A stretch of 64,000 nt of DNA from an uncultured Armatimonadetes bacterium (GCA_963716175.1 OY970296.1:4384001-4448000); one strand, 5' to 3'. Numbered from the stretch's first letter, positions 1 through 11,830 are shown. Numbers and translations: made by a program. Notes: generated by a model from the letters alone, not told the origin.

Positions 1-767
1 CAGAATCGTCTCAGCTTTGGGAAAAAGTCCTCGGGCGGGAAGACAGAGCCGGCCCAGCCCTGCACCGGCTCCAGCACAAACGCCGCCACCTGCCCGGCTG
101 TGCCCTCGCGCAAGTACTGGTCGTAATACGCCAGATAGGCATCGGTGTCTATGGCGCCGTCGGGCTTCGCCCAATGCGGACGGTAGGGGTCCGGCCGCGG
201 GAGCAAGTGGAAGCCCGGGGCGCGGGCGGGGCCATCGGTGGCCTTGAAGGGGGCCAGGCTCACCGCGCCGAGAGTCTTGCCGTGGAAGTCGCGGAAGCAG
301 GAGAGGAACTCCCACTTGCCGGTGGCGGCGCGACAGACGCGGAGCCCGGCCTCCACCGCGGTGGCCCCGCTATCATAGAGCTGCATCCCGTTCAGGTCGC
401 CGGGGAGTATCTGCTCCACCTTCTCCAGGAGTTCCATCTTGATGGGTGTGGTAAAGTCGTGGCAGTTCATCAGGGTGTGAGCATATCTGGCCACGGCCTC
501 GCTGACCTTGGGATGGCAGTGCCCGAGGCTCGTCACGTAAATCCCCGACGAGAAGTCGAGGTAGGTATTGCCGTCCACATCAGTCAGGGTCACCCCGCGG
601 CCTTTCTCGAAGACGACTGGGAAGAGCCGGACCTGGCTGGAGTAGCCCTTCATCAGCCGGGCTGCGCGGCCGTGGTACTCTCGCGACCGCGGCCCCGGGA
701 TCTCGCTGGTGATAAGATGGGGCACTGAGGCCGAGGCCACCCGGCCCCATTCGACCGAAGTCGCCAT
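1..767 (-). CDS. Class III PLP-dependent aminotransferase (GabT/ArgD-like), truncated at window edge
   Basis: Manual minus-strand translation from ATG at 767: KGRGVTLTDVDGNTYLDFSSGIYVTSLGHCHP, SGATAVEAGLR, FHGKTLGA, AAFVLEPVQG; RBS GGAGGAG upstream. Confidence 0.85.
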   Translation of the reverse strand, partial: MATSVEWGRVASASVPHLITSEIPGPRSREYHGRAARLMKGYSSQVRLFPVVFEKGRGVTLTDVDGNTYLDFSSGIYVTSLGHCHPKVSEAVARYAHTLMNCHDFTTPIKMELLEKVEQILPGDLNGMQLYDSGATAVEAGLRVCRAATGKWEFLSCFRDFHGKTLGAVSLAPFKATDGPARAPGFHLLPRPDPYRPHWAKPDGAIDTDAYLAYYDQYLREGTAGQVAAFVLEPVQGWAGSVFPPEDFFPKLRRF

Positions 768-780
768 CGCTTTCTCCTCC

Positions 781-1608
781 TCACCCACCGGGGCTATCCG
801 CCAACTCGAACCGGTGAGCCGCCTCCTCGGCGCTCACTCCCTCTCGCACGACGGCGCACAAGGCGGCCTGGAAACGCTGTGGGTCCGGCACCTGGAGCGC
901 ATTCCGGCCGAAGACCACCCCCCGCGCGCCATCCCGAATCTCGCTTTCGGCCAGTTGCAGGGCTTGCAGCTGAGTGTCCGCCTTCTCCGCGCCCAGGCCC
1001 AGAATCGGAACCGGGCAGCCGGCCACCACTTCCTGGAAGCGGTAGGTGTAGAAGGTCTTGATGAGATCCGCTCCCAGCTCGGCCGCCACCCGACACCCGG
1101 TGCGCACCAGATCGTGCATCTCCTCTTTCGTGAGTTCATGGGAGCGCGCCGGAAAGAACTCGCCGATCGCGGGGAGGCCCAGCCGCCGCGCCTCCTGCAC
1201 CAGTTGGCAGAACACGGCGACATTCTCGGCGTCCCTCTGCTCGCTGCCGGTGCGCAAGGTAAGCGACGCGAGCACGATGTCGGCGCCGAGCGCCAGCGCC
1301 TCCTGCGCCGTCACCGCAACCGCGCCCGCGGCGTCGCTATACCCCCAGTGAAACGCGTAGACCGAATTCCAGTTGAGCCGCACCACGGCCAGGGGTCCGT
1401 CCCGGGTCGCGAACAGGTCTCCACAGTGCCCGATCATTCCGGGGGAGAGCAGCACGCCGTTCACGGCGCGATTCACCGCGCGGGAGAGTGCGCGCGGCAG
1501 GTCTATCAGGCCTGGGATGGGGCCGTCGAATTCGCCATGATCCGCGGCCACGATCACCGCATTGCCCTGAGAGAATAGCCTCCTGAGTCGGATCTCTTTG
1601 CCGGTCAT
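781..1608 (-). CDS. Class I aldolase, DhnA/LsrF family
   Basis: AVIVAADHG, RVAAELGADLIKT (Schiff-base Lys), GARGVVFGRN motifs. Confidence 0.85.
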   Translation of the reverse strand: MTGKEIRLRRLFSQGNAVIVAADHGEFDGPIPGLIDLPRALSRAVNRAVNGVLLSPGMIGHCGDLFATRDGPLAVVRLNWNSVYAFHWGYSDAAGAVAVTAQEALALGADIVLASLTLRTGSEQRDAENVAVFCQLVQEARRLGLPAIGEFFPARSHELTKEEMHDLVRTGCRVAAELGADLIKTFYTYRFQEVVAGCPVPILGLGAEKADTQLQALQLAESEIRDGARGVVFGRNALQVPDPQRFQAALCAVVREGVSAEEAAHRFELADSPGG

Positions 1609-1638
1609 GGCTGCTCCTGCCCCTCTTTCCAGGCCGCC

Positions 1639-3066
1639 CTACCGCAGTCGAGGTGGTAGTGACACCGCGGCCTCGCAGGCGGCCTCCAGCAGCGACGCGC
1701 CGAGGTCGCGCATGCCATCATCGGTGCGGCGGTTCCAGGCGATATCGAAGCCGAGAGTGCGGGATCCAAAACGCTCGCGGGCATACCAGGTGTTGGTCAC
1801 GGCCGGCACCTCGGGCTTGGAGTTCTGGATCCGCCATCTCCACACGGGCCCGCCGACATCGCCCAGCAGGCGGGGGAGGAAGAACGCCGCCGCCTCCCGG
1901 TCTTCATAGCGGAAGTTGTCGAGGTCATTGTACATCCAGCCGTGAAGGTTCACGTAGATGTAGGGCCGCAGCTTCTCCATGAACCCACGGAGAGCGACAC
2001 ACGTGGGGTCGTCAGAGGTCCCGAACTGGTGGCAGATGTCCACGCCGCCGGGCCCGGTCAGCCGGCACCATCCGCCGGCGACGCCATCCGGGTTCGAGAC
2101 CGGGATGAGGTGCACGGCCACCCGGCGCTGCCATTCCTTCCCGGGGCCAAGCAGCCACGAGAGCATGCCATCAATGCAGTAAGCACCGGTGGTCTCGTAG
2201 GGATGGTCGCCCCCCTCGATCAGCACCACAGGCCGAGAGCGGCCGGCCTCGGGCGCGACCGACACCACGAACAGCTCTCGTCCCTGGCCGGTCTTGCCGA
2301 TGCTCTGCACTGCGACCTCCGGGCGCAGCCGCAGCTTCTCCAGATCCGCGAGGTGGTCGGAATAGCTGTACTTCGGGTTCAGCGACACCCAGGTCTCGCC
2401 AGGCGGCACCTCGGCCGAGACGGTCACGACCGTGCCCGCGATCTCTCCGCCCACGCGCCGCCAGTGGCCGCCGGAGCGGAAGAACAGGTGATCGCGGGGC
2501 TCCATGTAGACAGGGTCTTGCCAGTCAACGTGCAAGACTACCTCTCGCGGTTGCTCACCGCGGTTGATGATCAGCGTATCCATGCGGAACTTGTAGTTGG
2601 AGTTGTCTTCCTCTTGTGTCGGGAAGAGGGTGAAGGCCGCGGGGCCCTCGCGCTTGCAGCCCGAGCGATGCTGCGGATTGGCGCCCTCGAAATCGGTGGA
2701 AACAGCTATCGCTTCAGCCGCGTTCATGGCCGTCACCTTCGGGCTGAGCGCGCACGCTTCCTGCCACCAGCCGGGACCTGGGCCGCGGCGTTCACTTGCA
2801 CGGGGAGCGGCCGAGGTGGCGGGAGCCCTTAGGCCCCGTTCGGTCCGGGGTGTCCCTAGGCCTGCAGGCCGGGATGGCGGCCCGGCAGAGCCGGGCTTAG
2901 CCAGCGGCCCATGGGGCCTAGCCACTACCGCTGCTGCCACCAGCCAGAGCGTAAAGGAGAGCAAGAGAGGCTTCCGCGCGATCACGGCTAAATATCGCCC
3001 TGGGGCAGCGGAACCGACTCGCTCGCTGGTCGAGAGTGGGTTGCTGCTACATGCTAGTGGGAGCAA
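1639..3066 (-). CDS. M14 zinc carboxypeptidase family protein (start uncertain, possibly 2727)
   Basis: IGKTGQGREL, GGDHPYE, IPVSNPDGV, VNLHGW zinc-binding pattern. Confidence 0.7.
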   Translation of the reverse strand: MLPLACSSNPLSTSERVGSAAPGRYLAVIARKPLLLSFTLWLVAAAVVARPHGPLAKPGSAGPPSRPAGLGTPRTERGLRAPATSAAPRASERRGPGPGWWQEACALSPKVTAMNAAEAIAVSTDFEGANPQHRSGCKREGPAAFTLFPTQEEDNSNYKFRMDTLIINRGEQPREVVLHVDWQDPVYMEPRDHLFFRSGGHWRRVGGEIAGTVVTVSAEVPPGETWVSLNPKYSYSDHLADLEKLRLRPEVAVQSIGKTGQGRELFVVSVAPEAGRSRPVVLIEGGDHPYETTGAYCIDGMLSWLLGPGKEWQRRVAVHLIPVSNPDGVAGGWCRLTGPGGVDICHQFGTSDDPTCVALRGFMEKLRPYIYVNLHGWMYNDLDNFRYEDREAAAFFLPRLLGDVGGPVWRWRIQNSKPEVPAVTNTWYARERFGSRTLGFDIAWNRRTDDGMRDLGASLLEAACEAAVSLPPRLR

Positions 3067-3072
3067 TAGGTC

Positions 3073-4209
3073 ATGAGCATCGTGCGCATCGGGCTGGCCG
3101 GTTGCGGCAGCGTCTCACAGCGGGGACTGCTGCCCCACCTGGCCCAGGATGACGTCAGGCAGTGGTGCGAGCTGACCGCGGTGATGGACCCCGTGCCGGG
3201 TCGGGCGGAGGCCTCAGCCAGGAAGTTCGGGGCCAGGCTGTGGTTCCAGGACTACGACCAGATGCTGGCCTCGGATATCGACGCGGTGGTCATCGCCTCG
3301 CCTATCGGGGTGCACTACGAGCAGGCGATGAAGGCGATCCGCGCCGGCAAGCACGTCCACGCCAACAAGACTATGACCACGACCAAGGCGGAGGCGGACG
3401 ACGTGATGGAGGCGGCAAAGCGAGCGGGGGTGAAGATCGTCGCATCGCCCGGCCGCGCCCACCAGGCGGGCCCGAAGCGGATGAGGGAGATCGTCGCCTC
3501 CGGGGAGATCGGACGGATCTACTGGGCTGAGGTCGGGGCCTCCTCCGAGGGGCACGAGTATGAGGGTTTCCGCAAACCGGGCGATGTGCTGACCGATATC
3601 AGGCCGGCCTGGTACTACCGACGCCCCGGCGGCGGGCCGATGTACGACATGTGCGTCTACGCCCTGCACACCATCACCGGCATCCTCGGTCCGGTGAAGC
3701 GCGTGGCGGGCATGTCCGCGATCGGCCTGAGGGAGCGCCGCTACTACGACGAGCGCATCCAGGTGGACATGGATGACAACACTCACTTGCTGCTCGATTT
3801 CGGCGACAGCGTCTTCGCCCTGGTGTTCAGCAGCAACAGCGCTACCGGGGATGCCCGCCCCTTCTCGGCGCCATTTGTGTCCGGCAGCAGGGGCGCTGTC
3901 GCCGCCGGGCGCGGAGGCATTGAGGTGTGGGCGGAAGGGATTGCGGGTGGCCATCGAGTAGAGACACCAGGCAGCGAAATGCCCTTCGTCTTCGGGCCTC
4001 ATCTCGAGCTGCCGGAACGACACGTCTACTCGGACATCATGCACTTGGTGGACTGCGTGCTCAACAACAAGGAGCCGGCCATCAGCGCCGAGCATGCCCG
4101 CCATGTCATCGAGATGATCGAGCTGGGCTACCGCGCCGCCGAAACCGGCCGGACCCAGAACATGACGACCGCCTTCACCCTCCGGGAGCTCACTGTGGGG
4201 CCGGGGTGA
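3073..4209 (+). CDS. Gfo/Idh/MocA oxidoreductase
   Basis: IGLAGCGSVS Rossmann motif, AGKHVHANKTM, GGGPMYDMCVY. Confidence 0.9.
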   Translation: MSIVRIGLAGCGSVSQRGLLPHLAQDDVRQWCELTAVMDPVPGRAEASARKFGARLWFQDYDQMLASDIDAVVIASPIGVHYEQAMKAIRAGKHVHANKTMTTTKAEADDVMEAAKRAGVKIVASPGRAHQAGPKRMREIVASGEIGRIYWAEVGASSEGHEYEGFRKPGDVLTDIRPAWYYRRPGGGPMYDMCVYALHTITGILGPVKRVAGMSAIGLRERRYYDERIQVDMDDNTHLLLDFGDSVFALVFSSNSATGDARPFSAPFVSGSRGAVAAGRGGIEVWAEGIAGGHRVETPGSEMPFVFGPHLELPERHVYSDIMHLVDCVLNNKEPAISAEHARHVIEMIELGYRAAETGRTQNMTTAFTLRELTVGPG

Positions 4210-4247
4210 ACGTTCGGGTTGGGGCACATACTTTCAGGAGAGAGAAG

Positions 4248-5033
4248 ATGCTGAAGACCTCTATTCGCGCCGCGATGAGACCGGACGCAGACAAGGATGT
4301 CCATCCCCTGAAATGGGCGTGCGAGGGGGGCTCCAGGCTGGGGTTCGACGGCCTGGAGCTGTGTCTGGAAGCCGACGCCTGGCAGTTCAAGACGTCGGGC
4401 GCTTGGCCCCAGGAATGGAAGGACGGGACCAAGGCGCTCTGCAAGCAGTATAACATCTCCGTTCTCTCACTGTCCTCGGACTGGGCCTGGGCCTATGCCT
4501 CCTTCTGCCCCAGCCTGACGCAGTGGAGCAGGGGTGTGGAGCTGCTTCGCGACGATGCGAAGCTGGCCAAAGAGCTGGGAGCCCATACCATCCTGATGCA
4601 CTTCGGCACCGCGAAAGGCTCCTGGGAGGACTGCCGGGCCTTGCTGAAGGGTGCAGCCGCGGCCGGCCAGGAATTCGGGGTCTGCTTCGGGTACGAGGCC
4701 AACATCTGGGTGCGGCTCGGGTTCGGGGAGCTGGATTCACTCTGCCGCATGACCGATGAGGTGGGCAACCCCTACTTCGGCGTCTATCTGCACAACGCCT
4801 ATCCGCGCGCCGGCTCGCCCCTGCACGAGGAGATCGAACAGGCAGGAAAGCGCCTGGTGAAGGCCATGCATTCCTCGTCTCTGGTAGCAGGCCGGGTCGA
4901 GATAGACTTCCCGAAGGCTTTCGCCGCCATGAAGAAGCACTTCGCGGACGGCGTCTACACCTTCGAGGTCGGCTGGAAGGAGGCGGAGGCAAATAAGAAG
5001 CTGTTGGACGAGATGATCAGCAAGTACTGGTAG
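4248..5033 (+). CDS. Sugar phosphate isomerase/epimerase (xylose-isomerase-like TIM barrel)
   Basis: LGFDGLEL, AKELGAHTILMH, FGYEAN, YTFEV; RBS AGGAG before ATG 4248. Confidence 0.75.
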   Translation: MLKTSIRAAMRPDADKDVHPLKWACEGGSRLGFDGLELCLEADAWQFKTSGAWPQEWKDGTKALCKQYNISVLSLSSDWAWAYASFCPSLTQWSRGVELLRDDAKLAKELGAHTILMHFGTAKGSWEDCRALLKGAAAAGQEFGVCFGYEANIWVRLGFGELDSLCRMTDEVGNPYFGVYLHNAYPRAGSPLHEEIEQAGKRLVKAMHSSSLVAGRVEIDFPKAFAAMKKHFADGVYTFEVGWKEAEANKKLLDEMISKYW

Positions 5034-5123
5034 GCCTTGCTGCGCCTGAACTGCGTTCCGACCCCGGGGGCGCACCACGGACGGTATCGCCAAGACGTAT
5101 GCCGGGAAGCTAAGGAGGCAAGC

Positions 5124-6170
5124 GTGAACAAGAAGATCAAGTTTGGGATTGTCGGCATGACCAGTGACCACGTCTGGGGGATGGGACGCAGGCTGGGCGC
5201 GCTGCCGGCAGTGGAGCTGGTTGCGGCTGCCGATCCCCACGAGGAGCTGCGCAACAGAGCCCGCGAGCAGTTCGGCGTCAAGGCGCTCTACGCCGATGAT
5301 CGTGCCATGTACGAGAAAGAGAAGGTAGACGCCATTCTGGTCTGCTGTGACAACGCGGGCAAGGCCGACATCGTCGAGGAGGCGTCCAAGCGCGGCGTCC
5401 ACGTCTACCAGGACAAGCCCATGGCAGCTACGCTCGCGCAGGCAGACAGGAGTGTGACTGCGGCCGAGAGATCCGGCATCAAGCTGATGGTCGCCTACCA
5501 CAACTACTTCGGCGGCGCCTATGGCAGAGTGAAGGAGCTGCTGGGCGGGGGGCAGATAGGCAAGATCTACCTGGCCCGAGGGATCATTGGACACGCCGGG
5601 CCCAGAGAGGTCGGCTGTGATCCCTACTTCTGCGAGTGGCTCTTCGATAGAGAGAAGAACGGGGGCGGAACCTTCGTGGATGAGGCCTGCTACGGTCTGA
5701 GCGCCTTTCTGGACTACCTGGGGCCGGTGACCGAGGTGGCGGCGTTCATGACCCAGATCGGGTCTCGCGACTATCTCCCACCCGACGTGGAGGACAACTC
5801 GGTGGCGCTGCTGCGCTTCAAGAGCGGGGCGCTGGGCGTGGTTGACTCCAAGTGGGGACAGGTGGGGACGATGCCTTTTGCTTCCTCCTACCACGGTACG
5901 GACGGCACCATCACGGTGGGGCGGCGCGGCCTCAACCTCTACTCCCGCCGGGCGCTGCCCGAGAATCTGGCGGGCTGGATAGAGATCCCGGTTGAGCCCG
6001 AGAGCCGGCCGGGGATCGGAAGCGAGGCCGAGTATTTCGTCAACTGCGTGCTGAAGGACAAGCCCATCGAGGGCGCGGTGAGCGCGCGAGGGGCGAGAGC
6101 CACGCAAGAGGTGATCGAGGCGGTCTACCGCTCGGCCGCGACGGCCCAGGCGGTGAAGCTGCCTCTCTAA
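5124..6170 (+). CDS. Gfo/Idh/MocA oxidoreductase
   Basis: KIKFGIVG, HVYQDKPMA, GGGTFVDEACY; RBS AGGAGG before GTG 5124. Confidence 0.9.
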   Translation: MNKKIKFGIVGMTSDHVWGMGRRLGALPAVELVAAADPHEELRNRAREQFGVKALYADDRAMYEKEKVDAILVCCDNAGKADIVEEASKRGVHVYQDKPMAATLAQADRSVTAAERSGIKLMVAYHNYFGGAYGRVKELLGGGQIGKIYLARGIIGHAGPREVGCDPYFCEWLFDREKNGGGTFVDEACYGLSAFLDYLGPVTEVAAFMTQIGSRDYLPPDVEDNSVALLRFKSGALGVVDSKWGQVGTMPFASSYHGTDGTITVGRRGLNLYSRRALPENLAGWIEIPVEPESRPGIGSEAEYFVNCVLKDKPIEGAVSARGARATQEVIEAVYRSAATAQAVKLPL

Positions 6171-6193
6171 TCCCTGGAGGCCGGGAGTCACGA

Positions 6194-6985
6194 ATGCAAA
6201 TGCGCGTCGCGGAGAGGATCAAAGGCTGGCAAGTTCCACGGGGCTCAGTTGCCATCTGGTGGCTGGGCCAGAACTCCTACCTTCTGCAGGGGCCGTCCAC
6301 AGTCATCATGGTGGATCCGTATTTCTCGCGTCCCGGCCCACGCGAGAAGTACGTCCACGAGGAAGCGCCGCTGCGCGCGGACGAGATCGGGCCGGAGGCG
6401 GTGTTCTGCACCCATAACCACAGCGATCACACGGATCCCGACTTCCTCTCCGCGCTCAGCCAGCACTGGCCTGCTGCGCGCTTCTATGGTCCTGCCGAGA
6501 GCGCGGAGGCGATGAGGGGGGCCGGCATCCCTGGGGATCGTGTCACGCCGGTGCAGGCCGGCGATGTGGTTCGCAGCGGGGAGGTGTCCGCGCTAGCGCT
6601 CTTGTCCAAGACGCCCCAGGTGAGCGACGTCGCCCACTACGGATACGTGCTTCAGATAGCCGGCGCGCCCAAGGTCTATGACACTGGAGACATCATGCGG
6701 GGGGTTACCCGCGAGCCAAACCTCATGGATCCCCTGCGCGCCGCCGCGCCCGAGGTGGCGCTGGTCACGACCTCGCCCACCGAAGTGGAGTTCCCGGACT
6801 TCTCGGAGGCGGCCGCGCTCGCCCGGGAGATCGGGGCCCGCGTGGTCATTCCGGCCCACTACGGCTGCTTCGCCAGGCGCACCTTCGACCCCGCGCGGTT
6901 CGCGGCACAGGTCGGCAGCGGGGGTGCCCTGCGCCCGGTCATCATCCCCTACTGCGACGTCTATCAGCACCCGCCCGCGGCTTGA
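6194..6985 (+). CDS. Metallo-beta-lactamase-fold hydrolase (UlaG-like)
   Basis: WWLGQNSY, THNHSDH (HxHxDH), YDTGD, VIPAHY. Confidence 0.85.
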   Translation: MQMRVAERIKGWQVPRGSVAIWWLGQNSYLLQGPSTVIMVDPYFSRPGPREKYVHEEAPLRADEIGPEAVFCTHNHSDHTDPDFLSALSQHWPAARFYGPAESAEAMRGAGIPGDRVTPVQAGDVVRSGEVSALALLSKTPQVSDVAHYGYVLQIAGAPKVYDTGDIMRGVTREPNLMDPLRAAAPEVALVTTSPTEVEFPDFSEAAALAREIGARVVIPAHYGCFARRTFDPARFAAQVGSGGALRPVIIPYCDVYQHPPAA

Positions 6986-7286
6986 CAGAGGTCCTTTCGC
7001 CAGTTATCCTTGGCCGGTCAGGTCGAGCGAAGTCAGGCGGGGGGTGCGAAGGTGGCTGCCGCATCTGCTGGCTCTTGCTTTCTGCACCGGTCTTCCCACC
7101 AAGCGGTAGGCGCGCGGGTTTGGCGCGCCTTCTTCTTTTGGCCCTGAACGGAGACGGGCCGGCGGGCACCGCGCGGCTGCGCCGCCCGCTACGGTGGCCG
7201 ATGGAGGAACAGGGAGAGGAGGTGATACGAGGTCCCTGTCGTGCGAGGTACCACAGCGATAAACCACACAGGAGGTATGACAGACG

Positions 7287-8354
7287 ATGATCTCGAGAAG
7301 ACGAGGCTTCACCTTGATTGAGCTGTTGGTGGTGATCGCGATTATCGCGATCCTGGCGGCGATGCTGTTCCCGGTGTTCGCGCGAGCGCGCGAGTCGGCG
7401 CGCAAGATTCAGTGCCTGGCCAACGTGAAGAACATCGCCACGGCCTTCCAGATGTACCTGACCGACTACGATAAGCTGCCGCCGCGTGAGCATCGCACAG
7501 AGGTGATAGACTACTTCGCAGGAGCGCCGGGCGCGGGTGACGGCGCGGAGGTCGGAGGCGATGGCATCTGGTGCGCGAATCAGACCAACCCGTATCTTCG
7601 TTTCCCAGTGGTCCTCGACGAGTACGTGAAGAACCGCGATGTCTGGCGCTGTCCCAGCGCCAAGATGGTGACGGGCGCGAGCTGGATTCTTCCTGGGCCA
7701 GACTGGTTCTCCTACATCCGGACCCGCGAGGGGCAATGGGGGACTGGCTTCCCTGGCATAGGCCCATGCTGGTTCACCTATCCGCCAGGGTGGGGCGGCA
7801 CCATTACTGACAGCCTCATCCAGGGCGTGCCGGCCACCTACGAGGCTGGGGCGCGCGGTCCGGGAGCGGGCGGAGCCTTCGAGATGACCATCGGCGTGCA
7901 CGAGGGCACGACTCACGAGGTGAAGCCCTCGCAGGTCGCAGATGCAGCCAGCTTCACCATCTGCGGCGACGGCGGCTCCAACCCCCAGGACAACAACCTC
8001 GGGACCCAGGCCTATCCCGATCTGTGCAACCTGGAGTGCGCGAACCCGGTCTGCTGCGGGCCGGACTGGCAGAACTGCCCTGGAATGGCCGAGAGCTCGG
8101 CCTGCGCCGCCTGCATCCTGCTCCACGCGCCAGGCGATGGCAGCTTCCTGAGGGACCCCAACCTGCGCAAGCCCTATGCCCGCCACCTGGGCGGAGTGAA
8201 CCTGGGCTTCCTGGATGGACACGCGGCCTGGGTGAACTCGGAGAGCGTAATCAGCAGGTTCGCGGCCGGCAACCTGACGGGCCTAGATGTCTGGGGTCCC
8301 ACCTCGACGTGCGGGTTCGCTCAGGACTACCCGGGAGTGCCGACTATCTACTGA
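7287..8354 (+). CDS. Prepilin-type N-terminal cleavage/methylation, DUF1559-like protein with H-X9-DG C-terminal motif
   Basis: [28 protein letters not shown]; C-terminal [14 protein letters not shown]. Confidence 0.9.
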   Translation: MISRRRGFTLIELLVVIAIIAILAAMLFPVFARARESARKIQCLANVKNIATAFQMYLTDYDKLPPREHRTEVIDYFAGAPGAGDGAEVGGDGIWCANQTNPYLRFPVVLDEYVKNRDVWRCPSAKMVTGASWILPGPDWFSYIRTREGQWGTGFPGIGPCWFTYPPGWGGTITDSLIQGVPATYEAGARGPGAGGAFEMTIGVHEGTTHEVKPSQVADAASFTICGDGGSNPQDNNLGTQAYPDLCNLECANPVCCGPDWQNCPGMAESSACAACILLHAPGDGSFLRDPNLRKPYARHLGGVNLGFLDGHAAWVNSESVISRFAAGNLTGLDVWGPTSTCGFAQDYPGVPTIY

Positions 8355-8535
8355 ACAGTCTTTTGTGTTGACAGCAACCTGGTTGGTCTCGCCTGTGCCG
8401 GCGGAATGCGATAGTGAGATGTCTCTGGCGCTGCCGTGGCTGTTGGCATGAGAGGAGGTGATGCTAGTCCCTGCTCGTGATCTGTGCCTGGAAAGGGCGC
8501 TGTGAGAACGAAGCAACCAGCAAGGGAGCACACCC

Positions 8536-9525
8536 ATGGCTAGGAGACGCGATGGCTTCACGTTGATCGAGTTGTTGGTCGTGATCGCGATCATTGCGAT
8601 CCTGGCGGCGATGCTCTTTCCGGTGTTCGCGCGAGCGAGAGAATCGGCGCGCAAGATCCAGTGCCTGGCGAATGTGAAGAACATCGCCCTGGCAGTCCAG
8701 ATGTACCTGACGGACTACGACAGGTTCCCGCCCAGCGAGCACCGCTCCGATGTGGTGGAATGGTTCAACGACTACGGCGGAAACGACTGCTGTTGCAGAT
8801 CCTGGGTGCAGAATCCGTATCTGCGCTGGATGGTGGTCTTCGACGAGTATGTCAAGAACCGCGATGTCTGGCGCTGTCCCAGCGCCCGGCGGACACCGAC
8901 CTACATGATCAACCCCTGCGTACCGGACTGGTTCACCGCCATGAAAGAAGGCGCCAATACCGACTGCAGCTATAACGATTACTGCTGCGACGCGTTTCCT
9001 CCAGGATGGGGCGGCACAATCACTGACTCCTACACCCAGATCGAGCAGTGTGCTGGCGCCGATACCGGCGGCATAGAGATTGGGATCGGGGTCGAATCCT
9101 GGCATGCTCAGGACGAGAAGACCAGCCAGGTGAAAGACCCGGCCAAGAAGGTGGTCTGCTCTGATGGAGGGGGGTCCCAGATTGACCTTGCGAGATGCTC
9201 CTGGGTAGCCTACCCGGACTTCTGCCGACTGGACTGCGCGGGCTGTCTCGACAGAGATCCGGGTGCTGACTGGGTGAACTGCTCCTGGACCCAGGACTGC
9301 GGTGCCGGCAACAGGCAGTTCGGAACCGACCCCCAGTACCGCAAGGAACATGCTTACCCCCGCCACCTGGGGGGCAGCAACATCGGCTTCGCCGATGGTC
9401 ACGCCGCCTGGATGCCGGCCGAAGTGATCCTGTTTGGCGGAGACGAGGCCCATGGCTCCGGCAGGACCGCTGCCCCGTTGGAGGGCCTGGAAATCTGTGG
9501 AGCGTTTGTAGCGCCATTTCCGTAG
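8536..9525 (+). CDS. Second prepilin-type/DUF1559-like protein (tandem paralog)
   Basis: [26 protein letters not shown]; HLGGSNIGFADGHA. Confidence 0.9.
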   Translation: MARRRDGFTLIELLVVIAIIAILAAMLFPVFARARESARKIQCLANVKNIALAVQMYLTDYDRFPPSEHRSDVVEWFNDYGGNDCCCRSWVQNPYLRWMVVFDEYVKNRDVWRCPSARRTPTYMINPCVPDWFTAMKEGANTDCSYNDYCCDAFPPGWGGTITDSYTQIEQCAGADTGGIEIGIGVESWHAQDEKTSQVKDPAKKVVCSDGGGSQIDLARCSWVAYPDFCRLDCAGCLDRDPGADWVNCSWTQDCGAGNRQFGTDPQYRKEHAYPRHLGGSNIGFADGHAAWMPAEVILFGGDEAHGSGRTAAPLEGLEICGAFVAPFP

Positions 9526-9572
9526 AAGCTGTTTCATAACCTCCCCTGGGTAGGTTATGAAATGCGCTCTAG
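9523..9572. mobile_element. Minimal MITE-like element, copy 1 (two IS5-like ends joined)
   Basis: TAGAAGCTGTTTCATAACC...GGTTATGAAATGCGCTCTAG; both ends recur in inverted orientation at 24664-24795. Confidence 0.55.
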
Positions 9573-9622
9573 TCAGTCTTGAGCTTCATGCGCGGCTCCG
9601 GCTGCGGCCGGGGCCCAGCGAC

Positions 9623-9655
9623 GGGGCGGAGTCCGCCTGAGGCGGACTCCGCCCC
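9623..9655. terminator. Perfect 15-bp stem hairpin between convergent genes
   Basis: GGGGCGGAGTCCGCC-TGA-GGCGGACTCCGCCCC; no U-tract. Confidence 0.45.
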
Positions 9656-9811
9656 CTATCCGCCGGCCGGATTTGCACGCCTGGGCGTGCGACAGGTTCG
9701 CCTCGACCGCATGTCCTGGGTTTGGCCACTGGGCCTGGCGATGATGGCGCGCCCTGGGCGGCCCATGCGCGGCTGCGGGCATCGGCATGCCTGCCCTACA
9801 GGCCGCGCGGC

Positions 9812-11044
9812 CTACTCGTAACGCAGAGCTTCGATGGGGCTGAGCCGGGCCGCCTTCTGGGCCGGGTAGATCCCGAAGAAAAGGCCGGTGGCCGTGGCCA
9901 CGCTAACGGAGAGGAGGACCCACTGCGGAGTGATCAGCGCGGTGGTCTGAAACGCTCGCCCCAGCAGATTCGCGCCTGAACGCTCCCACCGCCACCCCTA
10001 CCAGTCCGCCCACGCTCGCAATCACGCACGACTCGATCACGAATTGAAGCCGGATGTCTCGGCTGGTAGCGCCAACCGCCTTGCGGAGACCGATCTCTCG
10101 CGTCCTCTCCGAGACCGAGACCAGCATGATGTTCATGATCCCGATGCCGCCCACGATCAGGGACACCACCGCGATGCCGGCCAACAGGTTGGTCATGGTG
10201 CCGGTGGCAGTCTGGAAGGCCTCGAGCAGGCCGGTCTGGCTGCGAATGGAGAAGTCGTCATTGTCATCGTAGGGCGGCAGAATGTGGTGGCGCTGGCGCA
10301 GCAGCCGCGAGATTTGCTCGGTGGCCAGGTCCATCGTGCTGCCCGAGGCGGCCTCCACGTTGATGTTGCTGAGGTTCGTGCGGTTGAACACCCGCCGCAG
10401 AGCAGTGCTCACCGGCACGATCACGATGTCATCCTGGTCCTGACCAAACGCGCCTGAGCCCTTGGTCTTCAGCACGCCGATCACCCGGAAGGCCACCCGG
10501 TTGACCTGCACATCGAGGCCCACTGGATTGGCGGTGGGGCTGCCCATGAGCTGGCCCACCACCGTCGGGCCCAACACCGCCACCTTCAGTCTGCCGGCGA
10601 CATCGTTGTCCGAGATGAAGCGACCCCGCTCCACCGGCGAGTTGTTCACCTCCCGGTACTCCGGAGTGGTGCCGACCAGTTGCGTCTGCCAGCTCTTGTC
10701 CCCGAGCTTGAGCGTCACTCCGCCTCGGACCTGCGGCGCCACCCCGGCTATGGTCTGCGGGAAATGGCGGGCGATCGCTTTGGCATCATCCTCCGTGAGC
10801 GTAGTCACCTGCCCCCCCGCGAAGGGGCCGCCGAACCTGATCTTCGGGTTGCCGGGGATCACGGTCAGCTGATTTGTGCCCAGCGAGGCGATGCTCTCAC
10901 TGACCTTTGCGCCTGCACCGCTGCCCAGCCCCACCATGGTGATCACTGCGCTGACGCCGATGATCACCCCCAACATGGTGAGGCCGGTGCGCATCTTGTT
11001 CCGGCCCAGCTCGCGCCAGGCCAGCCGAATGCTCTGCCAGATGT

Positions 11045-11048
<4 letters not shown>
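9812..11048 (-). CDS. ABC transporter permease (MacB/FtsX-like), +1 frameshift near 9975
   Basis: [41 protein letters not shown]; canonical end [13 protein letters not shown] lies in another frame with stop at 9812-9814; span is 3n+1. Confidence 0.85.
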
Positions 11049-11819
<771 letters not shown>

Positions 11820-11830
<11 letters not shown>

